This document shows positions 8,996-17,604 of a stretch of DNA of 64,000 nt, piece after piece. Position 1 is the stretch's first letter, and every line of letters begins with the position of its first letter. Both the position numbers and the translations under genes were made by a program. Source of the stretch: a virus (Duplodnaviria > Caudoviricetes); IMG/VR virus record IMGVR_UViG_2827986130_000001, positions 3,239 to 67,238 of that record. The stretch is one strand, 5' to 3'. The notes under the pieces are model-generated. The model saw only the letters and a list, made by a program, of their open reading frames with translations. It had not been told where the DNA came from and searched no databases.

Positions 8996-9462
8996 GATGC
9001 GAGCTCCCCCGTCAGATGGTCAACAACCACAATTCGAACGTCGTCGTATTTGCTCTTGAGGACTGTCCCCCTGGTGGTCACGACGAAGTCGGCAGCGTCG
9101 AACTCACGATGGTGGCCACGCAATCGGGGGGAGACCACGCCTACCGTCTGCTGCCCGGTCGCTGGCGTGGCCTCCATCGCCTCATCCCGCGCAGCCCGGG
9201 TTCTTTCACCGGCAGGCGAGGCAATTGCGGTGTGGTGCATGACGATATCGGCACCGCCGTCGGCTCGGCGTTCGATCTCGATGATCGCCCGCTTCAGGTA
9301 GTTGGCCTGGTCGAGGGTCTTCTCGTAGGCATGCTGCAGCCAGTCCCGCAGCTTGAGATCCTTGCGATCAAGGGTGACGCCATATTTCTCGATGCCGAAC
9401 TGGGATCTGGACAGCAGATCCGAGCGGACGGCCTCGACTACACTGTCGATTAGCGCGGCCAT
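8992..9462 (-). CDS. Phage protein, possibly all-alpha NTP-pyrophosphatase (MazG-like) fold
   Basis: RSQFGIEKYGVTLDRKDL..DWLQHAYEK.LDQANYLK motif; fold assignment is inference. Confidence 0.55.
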   Translation of the reverse strand: MAALIDSVVEAVRSDLLSRSQFGIEKYGVTLDRKDLKLRDWLQHAYEKTLDQANYLKRAIIEIERRADGGADIVMHHTAIASPAGERTRAARDEAMEATPATGQQTVGVVSPRLRGHHREFDAADFVVTTRGTVLKSKYDDVRIVVVDHLTGELAS

Positions 9463-10181
9463 CAGAATCGCTCCGATCGCGAAGAAACAAATTCGTCGAC
9501 GACAGCGACCGTCGCGCCTTTGCCGGACAGGCCCGCCGGCGGCTCCACGGCATGCAGTGGTGGCGTCTTCGCGTAGTGAACTCGGGCGGTGGGCAACATC
9601 CCTGCGGCATGCAGCCGACGGAAGATCTCCAGCGCGGCCCTGGCATCGCCACCGGCGGTGTGGACCGCTTTATGATCGATGCCGAAATGAGCGCAGACAT
9701 CGGCCAGCTTCGGGAAGCCTCCGCCGCCGCTGGCCTTCTTGATCTTCAGCGCCATCGAGGTGCGCATGACACAGATGTTCGGGGTCTGCTCGAAACGGTC
9801 GTCCATGCCGGCGCGGCGGAGCTCGCCGCGCATCTGCTTGCAGTCGAACTGCGCATTGAACGCCACGATGACGTAGCCGGCGTCGATGACACGGACGTAT
9901 TGATCGAGGACATCACGGACATCGGCTCCGTTCTCGGCAAGGAACTCGTCGGTGAGGCCGTTCACGGCAAACGCTTCGGGCTCCATTTTCCAGCCATCGG
10001 GCCGGACGTAGAGGTCGATCGAGCGCTCCTCCTGGAGTTGCTCGTCGACGAGGATGACACCGAGATGGGCGAGCCGTGGCTGGCTGGGATCGTCGGCCGG
10101 CACCGGAACGCCGGCGGCATCCTTGAACCGGAACAGACCGCTCGTCTCGGTATCGATGATCGCGTATTTCATTGGGATCAA
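9462..10181 (-). CDS. DEDDh 3'-5' exonuclease (Pol III epsilon-like)
   Basis: IIDTETSG, VAFNAQFD, PKLAD, HTAGGDA. Confidence 0.85.
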   Translation of the reverse strand: MIPMKYAIIDTETSGLFRFKDAAGVPVPADDPSQPRLAHLGVILVDEQLQEERSIDLYVRPDGWKMEPEAFAVNGLTDEFLAENGADVRDVLDQYVRVIDAGYVIVAFNAQFDCKQMRGELRRAGMDDRFEQTPNICVMRTSMALKIKKASGGGGFPKLADVCAHFGIDHKAVHTAGGDARAALEIFRRLHAAGMLPTARVHYAKTPPLHAVEPPAGLSGKGATVAVVDEFVSSRSERF

Positions 10182-10546
10182 GCTCCGGTGGTTGCTGCGA
10201 GCGCGGCGACCGCCGGCTCGACTGGGTCGGGCTCGCCGGGATCGAGTTCGATCCGGAAGCCGGCTAGTGCGGTTGCAAGGGCGAACAGCGTGAGGGGGTG
10301 GGTGATCGCGCCGAGGTCGCCTTCGAGGACCCGTTCCGCGAGCTCGACGGCACCCGGTACACTGACGGGCCCGCAGATCACGCGGCCGTCGTCATCGGCC
10401 AGAAGAAGGTCGCCGGCCGCATAGGGGAGTTCGGCGGTGCCTTCCTTCGTTGTCATCTGGATCATCCCAGATGACGCCACGGACATCAGCTGCCGCGTCC
10501 TGTTCCGATATGTGTCGATGCAGATGCCTTGGATCTGGCCCGTCAT
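10178..10546 (-). CDS. Hypothetical protein
   Basis: Coupled ORF (ATGA overlaps). Confidence 0.6.
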   Translation of the reverse strand: MTGQIQGICIDTYRNRTRQLMSVASSGMIQMTTKEGTAELPYAAGDLLLADDDGRVICGPVSVPGAVELAERVLEGDLGAITHPLTLFALATALAGFRIELDPGEPDPVEPAVAALAATTGA

Positions 10547-10701
10547 TTCGGCACCCCGCCTTTCAGCACTTTGACCTTGGAGACAAAGCCGGCGTGCTTG
10601 AGCTCAGCGGCGGCGCGTGCCGCCTTCGCATCAGCGGCGTCGACATCGACGCTGTGGCCATCCTTGAAATGGACACGGAAGGTCACGACAGCGGCGCTCA
10701 C
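10543..10701 (-). CDS. Small hypothetical protein (52 aa, not in ORF track)
   Basis: GTG start; MSAAVVTFRVHFKDGHSVDVDAADAKAAR...; 4-nt overlaps with both neighbours. Confidence 0.65.
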   Translation of the reverse strand: MSAAVVTFRVHFKDGHSVDVDAADAKAARAAAELKHAGFVSKVKVLKGGVPK

Positions 10702-11009
10702 GACGCGATCCTCGGCCGCTCGACGCGACCTCGCGGGACCAAGCGGCCCTCGCCAACCGAATTGCCCTGGTCGCCACCTTCGTACTCGGCACGTTTTGCG
10801 GCGTCGGCGAGCTGGCCGAACCTGCCGGCCTCGTCCCCTCGCCGATCGATGCCGAACGTTCCTGCGATTGCACGCCTCAAGCCCTGGAGGAGCTCGAGCT
10901 GGTTCTGCAGTTCGTCGATCTGGGGATCGAGGACCGTGCGGACATACTCGACGGTGCCGGTTTCAGTGGCCTGAGGCAGCTCCAGGCCGAACCGAGAGGT
11001 CTGGGACAT
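10698..11009 (-). CDS. Hypothetical protein
   Basis: ORF directly downstream of recT. Confidence 0.55.
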   Translation of the reverse strand: MSQTSRFGLELPQATETGTVEYVRTVLDPQIDELQNQLELLQGLRRAIAGTFGIDRRGDEAGRFGQLADAAKRAEYEGGDQGNSVGEGRLVPRGRVERPRIAS

Positions 11010-11012
11010 CGA

Positions 11013-12185
11013 TCAGCCCTCCGATCCCGGTTCAGGGCTGTTGTCTTCATCCTTTGCGGCCTCGTCGTTGTAGCCGGCCAGCCAAGCGTCTCGTTCGGCG
11101 CCTTCGCGGAACGGGTTGGCTTTGCGGTTCATGTTCTTGCGGTAGGCGGCCCGGCCTTTGCGGTTGGCATCGGCGATGAGGTCGCCGTCGTCCGACTGGG
11201 AGGGGGAGGAGTCGGACGACGGCTGCTGCCCGGTATCGGCGGGGGGAGACTTACCGGGCTTGTCGGAGGCGGCGGGGGACGAACCAGCCTCCGATTTCGG
11301 TGCCGACTTCTTCGGGTCGTCGGCGGGTTTCTGGTCCTGCTCAACCTCGATGATCTCTCCCGTTACGGGATCGGCATCAGTGATATCTGCAGGTGTCTCT
11401 TGGTTGGCGAGAGCATCGAGGCGGCCGGCAAGGGACTTCGGCCGTACCGCTGCCGCCTCTTCTTGGGCGCCCTTCAGGTCGTAGAGTTCGTCGTCACGCC
11501 GGATCAGATCGTCGAGATCCGTCGACATTGGGAGAACTTTGGAATGCCGGCGCGCGACCGTCTTCCGCGCCATCTCGCCTTCATCGGTCTCCCACGGGGT
11601 CGACTTGATGTACCCGGCCTTGAAGGCCTTCCAGGCATCGGACCGATCACGGATCGCCCGGATCTCGCCGATCGACATGACCTCGTAGCTCTTCGTCGCA
11701 TCCTTCAAAACAGCGACGGAGTAAGCGCCGACAATCTCTCCCCGCTCGGTTTTCAGATTATAGGTGTGGTTGATCTGAGGGGCATCGCCGAGCTGGAACT
11801 CGAAGAAGTCGTTGGCGTAAACGCAATGCGCATCCCAGGTCGATATCTCGCCGCTGTTACGCGCCTTCTTCCGGATCCCGGCAATCATCGGCTGCCAGGT
11901 AATCGACGTATTGCCCTTCTTGACACTCCCGCGCAGCACCAACGCGCCTTCTCGACCATCGGGCAGGAGGCCATCTTGGGCGGCCTTCATCGCGGCATTG
12001 AACAGATCTTTGCGAGGTGCCGACAGCAGCTCCGGCTTGTTCTGGATCGCCGTCATGACAACGCGAGCGAACCGCTCCACCGGTATGTGAGCCGGCAACG
12101 CCGCCTTGAACTGATCATTCATGTTCGCGAACTGATGGCGGACGACGTCGATCTCTCGTGTACCGCGCTCGGCAACTTCGTTCAT
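11013..12185 (-). CDS. recT: RecT family single-strand annealing recombinase
   Basis: ALPAHIPVERFARV, AAQDGLLPDGREGALV, GEIVGAY, PWETDEGEMARKTVARR. Confidence 0.92.
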   Translation of the reverse strand: MNEVAERGTREIDVVRHQFANMNDQFKAALPAHIPVERFARVVMTAIQNKPELLSAPRKDLFNAAMKAAQDGLLPDGREGALVLRGSVKKGNTSITWQPMIAGIRKKARNSGEISTWDAHCVYANDFFEFQLGDAPQINHTYNLKTERGEIVGAYSVAVLKDATKSYEVMSIGEIRAIRDRSDAWKAFKAGYIKSTPWETDEGEMARKTVARRHSKVLPMSTDLDDLIRRDDELYDLKGAQEEAAAVRPKSLAGRLDALANQETPADITDADPVTGEIIEVEQDQKPADDPKKSAPKSEAGSSPAASDKPGKSPPADTGQQPSSDSSPSQSDDGDLIADANRKGRAAYRKNMNRKANPFREGAERDAWLAGYNDEAAKDEDNSPEPGSEG

Positions 12186-12213
12186 CGCAATGGTCTCCTA
12201 TTGCCGGGGCAGA

Positions 12214-12987
12214 TCAGCCGCGGAACTGGGTTTTGGTGTCTGGGAAGATCTCGACGCCGGCGAGCGGTGCGGTATCGCGGTTGGCGCGGACGTGCGCTCG
12301 GATCGCCTTCTCGATATCGGCGATCGAGAAATGGGCGCGCAGCTTGTTGAGATCGATCTTGGCGGCCTCAACGATGCGGAAATCCCACTTCGTCACTCGG
12401 CTGATCGTGCCGCCCTCGGTCCGCGTCGGGCCGCTGCCGGCGGACAACGCTGCGTTCTCCAGGACTGCGGCACGATGCTCGGCGTCCGACGCTTCCTTGA
12501 GCACGACGTCACTCATCACGCCGTGGTTGGATGCCGCCGCCTCTTCGAGCTTGCGCTGGGCCTCCTGGCGCGCCTGTTCGGCCACTTCGGCGGCCTTGCG
12601 ACGCTCCGCGGCACGTTTGGCCTCGTCGTAGGTACCGACGAGCTGCTGGAACGCGGTCTTGATTTTGTCCGGACGGGTGGCAAGCGTCTGGAAGAAGCCG
12701 TTCGTTTCCGTGACCTCGTCACGCAGCGGCTTCGTTGTCGCCAGCTTGGTTTCGTCGAGCCGTTTACCCAGCTTGTGGGCATCGAGGCCGAGCTTGGTCA
12801 GCTGGTCGCGCTGCTCGTCGGTTGTGACCGTGGGCGGAGTGCCGAGGGCATCGCGTGCCGCGTTGGCTTGGTTCGCGAGGGCCTCGACCTCGTCGATGAG
12901 ACCAACGAAGCGGTCCTTCAGGATATCGGTGACCGAGGCCAGGTTGTGCCCTGGTCCAGCGATGGATGGGGCGTCAGAAACTTCCAC
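12214..12987 (-). CDS. Coiled-coil recombination-module protein
   Basis: Long helical region; C-terminal IEKAIRAHVR...LAGVEIF; lies between exonuclease and recT. Confidence 0.7.
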   Translation of the reverse strand: MEVSDAPSIAGPGHNLASVTDILKDRFVGLIDEVEALANQANAARDALGTPPTVTTDEQRDQLTKLGLDAHKLGKRLDETKLATTKPLRDEVTETNGFFQTLATRPDKIKTAFQQLVGTYDEAKRAAERRKAAEVAEQARQEAQRKLEEAAASNHGVMSDVVLKEASDAEHRAAVLENAALSAGSGPTRTEGGTISRVTKWDFRIVEAAKIDLNKLRAHFSIADIEKAIRAHVRANRDTAPLAGVEIFPDTKTQFRG

Positions 12988-13927
12988 TGTGGATCTCCTG
13001 TGGTTTGACGCGCAGCACGCGCGTCTTGATCGGTTCCCCGAAATCACCGGTGCGAACCGAGGTGCGGGCGCTGATTTGCCAGTTCGTGGTCTGGCCGATC
13101 TCGGCGGTGCCGAGGGCGTGGATAATCTGCGGGCGGATGCGGTCCGCTATCGCTGTGTTTTCAGCGGCGATGGCTTTCGCTTCGACGTAGCGGCCGGCGA
13201 GATCATTGATGTCGTCGCGTCCGGTGAGATCCCGGCGGTCGGGCTCGCTGTTGCGGTAGACGTCGAGCACTACGGAGCCATCGCGCTGCCAGTCCGGCTC
13301 CGGTTCCTGACCGCTCTCGACCATTGCCCAGAACAACCCGACCTTCTCGACGAGGCGGTTCCAGAGCTTGAGAACGATCGGGATATCGATGACGTGCAGC
13401 TTCAGAGTGCCGCGCACGGTCAGGACGACGAGCGCGACGCAGGCCCATGGGCAACCCGTCAGCCGCGCCTCGGTGATGGTCTGGACCGCGATCCAGAGTG
13501 GCGGCACCACTTCACCGCTGTCAGGATCCAGCCAGTACTTCTCGAAGGCGTCCTGAGAGACCGTCTTGATTTGCATGTTGCCGGTGCCGTACCGATCCGG
13601 CCGGACAAGAAAGGCGTCCGGGGTCGCTCCGATCCGGCGGTCGGGATCGCGGTAGTAGGCGCGGTCGTTCTCATAGGTGACGGTCCATTCCGGATACCGC
13701 CTCCTGACCATCTCGACGGCGACGGGCTCCATGAGGTTGCCGCGTTCCATCGCCTCGCTTTCCTCCTCGTCGGGGGAAAGCCGGCCGGTCTTTTCGGCCC
13801 AGAGTTCGTATGGGGTCCGGTACGGATCGATTCCGAAGAGCGTGCCGGCAACACTGGCGGTGACGTCGTTGCTGCGAGCGGCGAGCCAGGCAGTGCGATC
13901 GGCTGGGCGGATGATCTGGATGGTCAT
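12974..13927 (-). CDS. YqaJ/lambda-exonuclease family recombination nuclease
   Basis: WLAARSNDVTAS, PYRTPYELWAEKTG, RGNLMEP, ATPDAF, QIKT. Confidence 0.9.
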   Translation of the reverse strand: MTIQIIRPADRTAWLAARSNDVTASVAGTLFGIDPYRTPYELWAEKTGRLSPDEEESEAMERGNLMEPVAVEMVRRRYPEWTVTYENDRAYYRDPDRRIGATPDAFLVRPDRYGTGNMQIKTVSQDAFEKYWLDPDSGEVVPPLWIAVQTITEARLTGCPWACVALVVLTVRGTLKLHVIDIPIVLKLWNRLVEKVGLFWAMVESGQEPEPDWQRDGSVVLDVYRNSEPDRRDLTGRDDINDLAGRYVEAKAIAAENTAIADRIRPQIIHALGTAEIGQTTNWQISARTSVRTGDFGEPIKTRVLRVKPQEIHSGSF

Positions 13928-14220
13928 GCCGCCCTGCCCGATCCGCGCTTGTTGCGCTGCCGCCATTCGCCGTTCGGAACCGCGCGGCAGAGGTAGGACC
14001 GAATGCTGGATTTAGGCACCTGCCTGCCCAGCGCTGCAAAGATCGCATCGACGTCAGGATTCTCAGCGAAAGCAGCCAGCACGCGCTGGCGCTGCGTCAT
14101 GATTCGGGTAAGGCCAAGCTTGGCGACATTGGCGGCGTCGAGATCAGATGCCAGCCCGGCGCCGCGCAGCATGTCGCGGACCTCGGCATCGGTGAATCGG
14201 GTGAAGGGGCTGTTGTCCAT
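13924..14220 (-). CDS. Hypothetical protein
   Basis: Coupled ORF. Confidence 0.55.
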   Translation of the reverse strand: MDNSPFTRFTDAEVRDMLRGAGLASDLDAANVAKLGLTRIMTQRQRVLAAFAENPDVDAIFAALGRQVPKSSIRSYLCRAVPNGEWRQRNKRGSGRAA

Positions 14221-14492
14221 CAGGCCCAGCCCTCAAGAAAGTCAGCGATCGACGCGTAGACCTGGCCGCGTTCTTCATGGCTATTGGGCCAGCCTTCGAT
14301 TTCGGCGGCCATCTTAGCCGCGTCGAGCAGCTGCTCGACGACATCGGTACCGAAGGCCCCGGACATGCTGCCGTCACCTTCACGGGCGTAGCGCAACAAC
14401 TCGGCCAGCGCGTCGGCAGCCTGCGATGCCGCTGCAATTGCGAGATCGCGGTTCCTGGTCTCAGCCTCTGTGGTTGGGGCGATGTCGATCAT
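14220..14492 (-). CDS. Hypothetical protein
   Basis: Coupled ORF MIDIAPTT. Confidence 0.6.
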   Translation of the reverse strand: MIDIAPTTEAETRNRDLAIAAASQAADALAELLRYAREGDGSMSGAFGTDVVEQLLDAAKMAAEIEGWPNSHEERGQVYASIADFLEGWA

Positions 14493-14635
14493 GTCCGCAC
14501 CTGCCGGCGGATATGGCACTGGCCGAGACGTCGCCAGAATGACTCGTACCGATCGGCGTCGACCTGATCGGCAAACTTCTGCTCGAACATCGGCGACGGC
14601 GGCATCGTCAGCGCGAAAATGGTCACGATGATCAT
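14489..14635 (-). CDS. Hypothetical small protein
   Basis: ATGA overlaps both sides, GAGG RBS. Confidence 0.5.
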   Translation of the reverse strand: MIIVTIFALTMPPSPMFEQKFADQVDADRYESFWRRLGQCHIRRQVRT

Positions 14636-14820
14636 GACTGCCTCGCCTCCGGCTGCCGGTATCCGAGGCGGACTTCGAACGTCCGGACGACCTGATCGAG
14701 CTGGAGCTCGCGGGTCATCCTGTTCCGCTTCGCCCAATTCAGGACGACAAAGGCATCATCGGCGAGCGCGCGGAGCTGCTCGTCGGAAAGCCGCGGGGTC
14801 ATCTCTGGGGCGGCGGTCAT
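14632..14820 (-). CDS. Hypothetical protein
   Basis: Coupled ORF. Confidence 0.55.
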   Translation of the reverse strand: MTAAPEMTPRLSDEQLRALADDAFVVLNWAKRNRMTRELQLDQVVRTFEVRLGYRQPEARQS

Positions 14821-15143
14821 GACAACGCGACCACGAACAAGGCGACAACAACGACGGCACCGGCGCCCAGGCTGATCCAGCCGATGACGGAAAACATCGG
14901 CTGGGCCTCGAATGGCGGGCAGTCGTCGGCATCAGCGATCGCGAGCTCGGTGAAGTCGAGCCCGAGGTCGAGATCGAGATCGGCATCGAGTTCGTAATCG
15001 AGCGGCGGTGCGTCGACCTGGGAATAAACCTTCCCGCGTCGGGCCATTTCGTCGACGTAGCGCGCCGACGAGATCACTCGGAAATCAGCCCAGGCTCGCA
15101 GCTGGCTGTCGGATACGTGCGAAAGATCGGCGAGCTCGCTCAT
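14817..15143 (-). CDS. Hypothetical protein with C-terminal TM helix
   Basis: Acidic linker followed by hydrophobic C-terminus. Confidence 0.6.
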   Translation of the reverse strand: MSELADLSHVSDSQLRAWADFRVISSARYVDEMARRGKVYSQVDAPPLDYELDADLDLDLGLDFTELAIADADDCPPFEAQPMFSVIGWISLGAGAVVVVALFVVALS

Positions 15144-15328
15144 CAGAACGTTTCCTCAAGACGGGAGATCTGGGCACGCAGCTCGGCGACGCGGCGCGTG
15201 GCTTTTGGGAGCTCGACCTGGCGGCGAGCGAAGTCGTCGATCATCTCGGCGCATACCGCGTCGCGTTCGGCACGTTCGAGGCAGCTGCGGAGATCGTCGA
15301 GGCTGGGGATGATCGATGGCGCGTCCAT
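15143..15328 (-). CDS. Hypothetical coiled-coil protein
   Basis: MDAPSIIPSLDDLR after GGAGG RBS. Confidence 0.55.
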   Translation of the reverse strand: MDAPSIIPSLDDLRSCLERAERDAVCAEMIDDFARRQVELPKATRRVAELRAQISRLEETF

Positions 15329-15329
15329 C

Positions 15330-15674
15330 TCAGCGGCCCTCCGCTTGTGCGACGGCAGCGCGGACATCTGCGAGTGTGCGTACCTCAAGCCGAACTTCAG
15401 CAGCCCACTCATCGGTGCACGAGCCGGGCGCATAGCCGCGAGCAAGGAGGGTTCCTGAAAGGCAAGCCTCTGCCAGTTTCAACGCGGCCAGCATTGCAGG
15501 AGCGGCTTGCTCCCGATTGATGGCGAGGCGCAGGCCGGCGAGGATATCTGCGACGCCTTCCTGGGTGCGATCTCCTTCGAAGCCGGCAACGAAAGCTTCG
15601 GCCTGCATCAGGGCGTCAAGGGTGTCGTTGGCCTCATCGGCCCCGAGCGGGATGGCGACTGCAGCGGCGATCAT
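15330..15674 (-). CDS. Hypothetical protein
   Basis: AAPAMLAALK...RAAVAQAEG motif typical of phage early genes. Confidence 0.6.
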   Translation of the reverse strand: MIAAAVAIPLGADEANDTLDALMQAEAFVAGFEGDRTQEGVADILAGLRLAINREQAAPAMLAALKLAEACLSGTLLARGYAPGSCTDEWAAEVRLEVRTLADVRAAVAQAEGR

Positions 15675-15829
15675 CAGAACCCGCCTTTGATCGCGTCGAC
15701 GACGCAAGCGGACAGCACCAGCCAGGTCGCCGGGAAGATCAGGAAAGCGAAGAACAGCTTTCCGAGGTCGGACAGAAGTCCGGCCAGGTCGTCGGTTTCG
15801 GGGTCTCGTCGTGGCGCTGGGTTTTGCAT
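15674..15829 (-). CDS. First gene of leftward operon, small membrane protein
   Basis: GAGGAG RBS; hydrophobic segment. Confidence 0.6.
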   Translation of the reverse strand: MQNPAPRRDPETDDLAGLLSDLGKLFFAFLIFPATWLVLSACVVDAIKGGF

Positions 15830-15850
15830 CGGATTTCTCCTCTGCCCCAT

Positions 15851-15903
15851 AGCCTTCCCCAAAACGGGAAAGTCGTCAAGCCATCAAAACCCATATTGGG
15901 GAA
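15851..15903 (-). promoter_or_regulatory. PL-like promoter with two 17-bp operators
   Basis: Minus strand TTGACG-N17-AAGGCT; operators ttccccaaaacgggaaa (15855-15871) and aaacccatattggggaa (15887-15903). Confidence 0.7.
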
Positions 15904-16054
15904 TATTTTTTAGACCGCAATCGCCCCGAAAAGGCAAACGTGCGCGCGCGCAAACTCCGAAATTGAATCGTAGTGCCTCTACGCAGTGGGTGCGTCAGCA
16001 CCCACACGGCACAGTAGCGGGACACGGAATCGGTGAAGGTTTTGCTCTAGGTTC

Positions 16055-16069
16055 GAACGCAGAGAGAAC
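16055..16069. promoter_or_regulatory. Alphaproteobacterial LexA (SOS) box
   Basis: Exact GAAC-N7-GAAC (gaacgcagagagaac) in intergenic DNA. Confidence 0.5.
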
Positions 16070-16185
16070 CTGGAAACGTAGAGCTATAGCTTGAAGGTTT
16101 ATATCTGTCCTCCGCGCGATTGCGCGATGGCGAGCACGCGCGGGTGAACCGCGCGCAGCAGCTTGTCAAGAACGGCAGATCGTAA

Positions 16186-16917
16186 TCAGAGGTGGATTTT
16201 CTGACCTTCGTCGAGGTCAAAGATCGCCTTGCCGAACAGGCTATAGGATCCCGTCACATAGGCGATGATGCGGATCTCCTCGCCTTCGACGACGCCATCT
16301 TTCGGGATGAGAATCGGCTTGTGGTGAGGGTTCGTCGATTCCGGCAGCAGGGCGACGCCATTCGGCTCCTCCCAGTACCGTTTGATGGTACGCTCCCGCT
16401 CCTGGCCGCCGAAGCGCATGCGCTCAACCACAACGATATCGCCGGTTTCGATCGGCCGGTAATGCGCCACAAAGTCCACGTAGTCGACGCCGACGGCGAA
16501 CATCCCGTCATGGATCCCGGCCTTATTCATGGAATCGCCGAGGACCTGCCAGACGTACTGTCTCGCCTGCCGGTACCGAGGATCCGGCGAGATCGCGACG
16601 GCCTGGGGCTCGTGGTTGGCGTGGAGCTCGACATCGACGAAGACACCGGCCTGCGTCGTTCCCGCGAAGGGCAGGAAGTTGGCACCTATCGGCGCCGACG
16701 GCAGCTCGCCATCACCTGACCACTCGTCATCTTCGGCGATCACCATCTGCACCGGGACACCGAATACCCGCGATGCCCGCAGGATGTAATCCTCGTTGAG
16801 GCGCCGCTCCCCGCGCTCGAGCTTGATGTACTGGCCGCGCGAGATCGCCATCGCGGCGGCGGCGTCATCATGCGTCATCCCTTTGGATTCGCGGATTTTT
16901 TTGAGCTGATTACCCAT
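16186..16917 (-). CDS. CI-like repressor (XRE HTH + S24 autopeptidase)
   Basis: LKKIRESKGMT...IKLERGER HTH; QAG cleavage site, GDSM Ser, TIKR Lys; divergent from cro. Confidence 0.93.
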   Translation of the reverse strand: MGNQLKKIRESKGMTHDDAAAAMAISRGQYIKLERGERRLNEDYILRASRVFGVPVQMVIAEDDEWSGDGELPSAPIGANFLPFAGTTQAGVFVDVELHANHEPQAVAISPDPRYRQARQYVWQVLGDSMNKAGIHDGMFAVGVDYVDFVAHYRPIETGDIVVVERMRFGGQERERTIKRYWEEPNGVALLPESTNPHHKPILIPKDGVVEGEEIRIIAYVTGSYSLFGKAIFDLDEGQKIHL

Positions 16918-16996
16918 AACGGGATTTCTACCATGCACCACAGGTGCGAGCCTTCCCCAAAATCTGCTTGCAATCTTTCCCATAATGGGGAAGCTT
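16910..16996 (+). promoter_or_regulatory. PR-like promoter with operators (OR region)
   Basis: TTGCAA(16968)-N17-AAGCTT; operators ttacccataacgggatt (16910-16926), half-site 16953-16969, tttcccataatggggaa (16976-16992). Confidence 0.7.
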
Positions 16997-17002
16997 ATAG
17001 AA

Positions 17003-17224
17003 ATGAAACTTTCAGCCTGGAAATTGAAAAATGGTCTCTCCGACGAGCAACTCGCCGAGATGATTGGCGATTGTTCGGTCTCGGGTCTGCGAAAGTGGCT
17101 TGCCGAAGAGCGTCTTCCTCGGAAAGACCAGATCGAGCGCATCCATAAGGTCACGCGGGGAGAAGTCTCAGCACCCGACTTCTACAACCTCGAACTCACC
17201 ACCGAGACCGAGGTCTCGAAATGA
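17003..17224 (+). CDS. Cro-like HTH regulator
   Basis: LSDEQLAEMIG..VSGLRKW...RLPR...IHKVTRGEVSAPDFY; divergent from cI. Confidence 0.85.
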   Translation: MKLSAWKLKNGLSDEQLAEMIGDCSVSGLRKWLAEERLPRKDQIERIHKVTRGEVSAPDFYNLELTTETEVSK

Positions 17225-17448
17225 CCTCCCCTGACCTGCGCACCGTTGTCGGCGACAACATCAGGGCAGCTCGTGAGGTCCACCGGCTCTCCCAACGGGC
17301 TCTCGCTGACCGCCTTGGCATCCACTGGACCAACATGAACCGTATCGAGCAAGGCCGTTCATCCATGAACCTGCACCGGCTCGAGCAAGTTTCCCGCGTC
17401 CTGTCTGTCACTGTTGCGGACCTCGTTACAGCGAGGGCGCCGCAGTGA
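17221..17448 (+). CDS. XRE-family HTH regulator
   Basis: VGDNIRAAR...LSQRALADRLGI...IEQG. Confidence 0.85.
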   Translation: MTSPDLRTVVGDNIRAAREVHRLSQRALADRLGIHWTNMNRIEQGRSSMNLHRLEQVSRVLSVTVADLVTARAPQ

Positions 17449-17604
17449 TTTTCTTCTCGCGCAACAATCCGGTCGGGTTGCGCGCATGCCGGCATCTCGC
17501 CGGCTTGGTGGCCCCCTCGCTTTCCCAGCTGGTGGTGGCTCGTCGTTTCTCCGGTTGTTCATCTGCTTTCGTCTCCAGTTCCGTCGCTGGAAGGAGATTA
17601 AGCG

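Noticed and set aside
12659-13996. 445-aa plus-strand ORF (and similar long ORFs at 4345, 11400, 36034, 37085, 40300, 57829)
   Set aside because: Antisense shadows of well-supported genes, expected in high-GC DNA; no motifs
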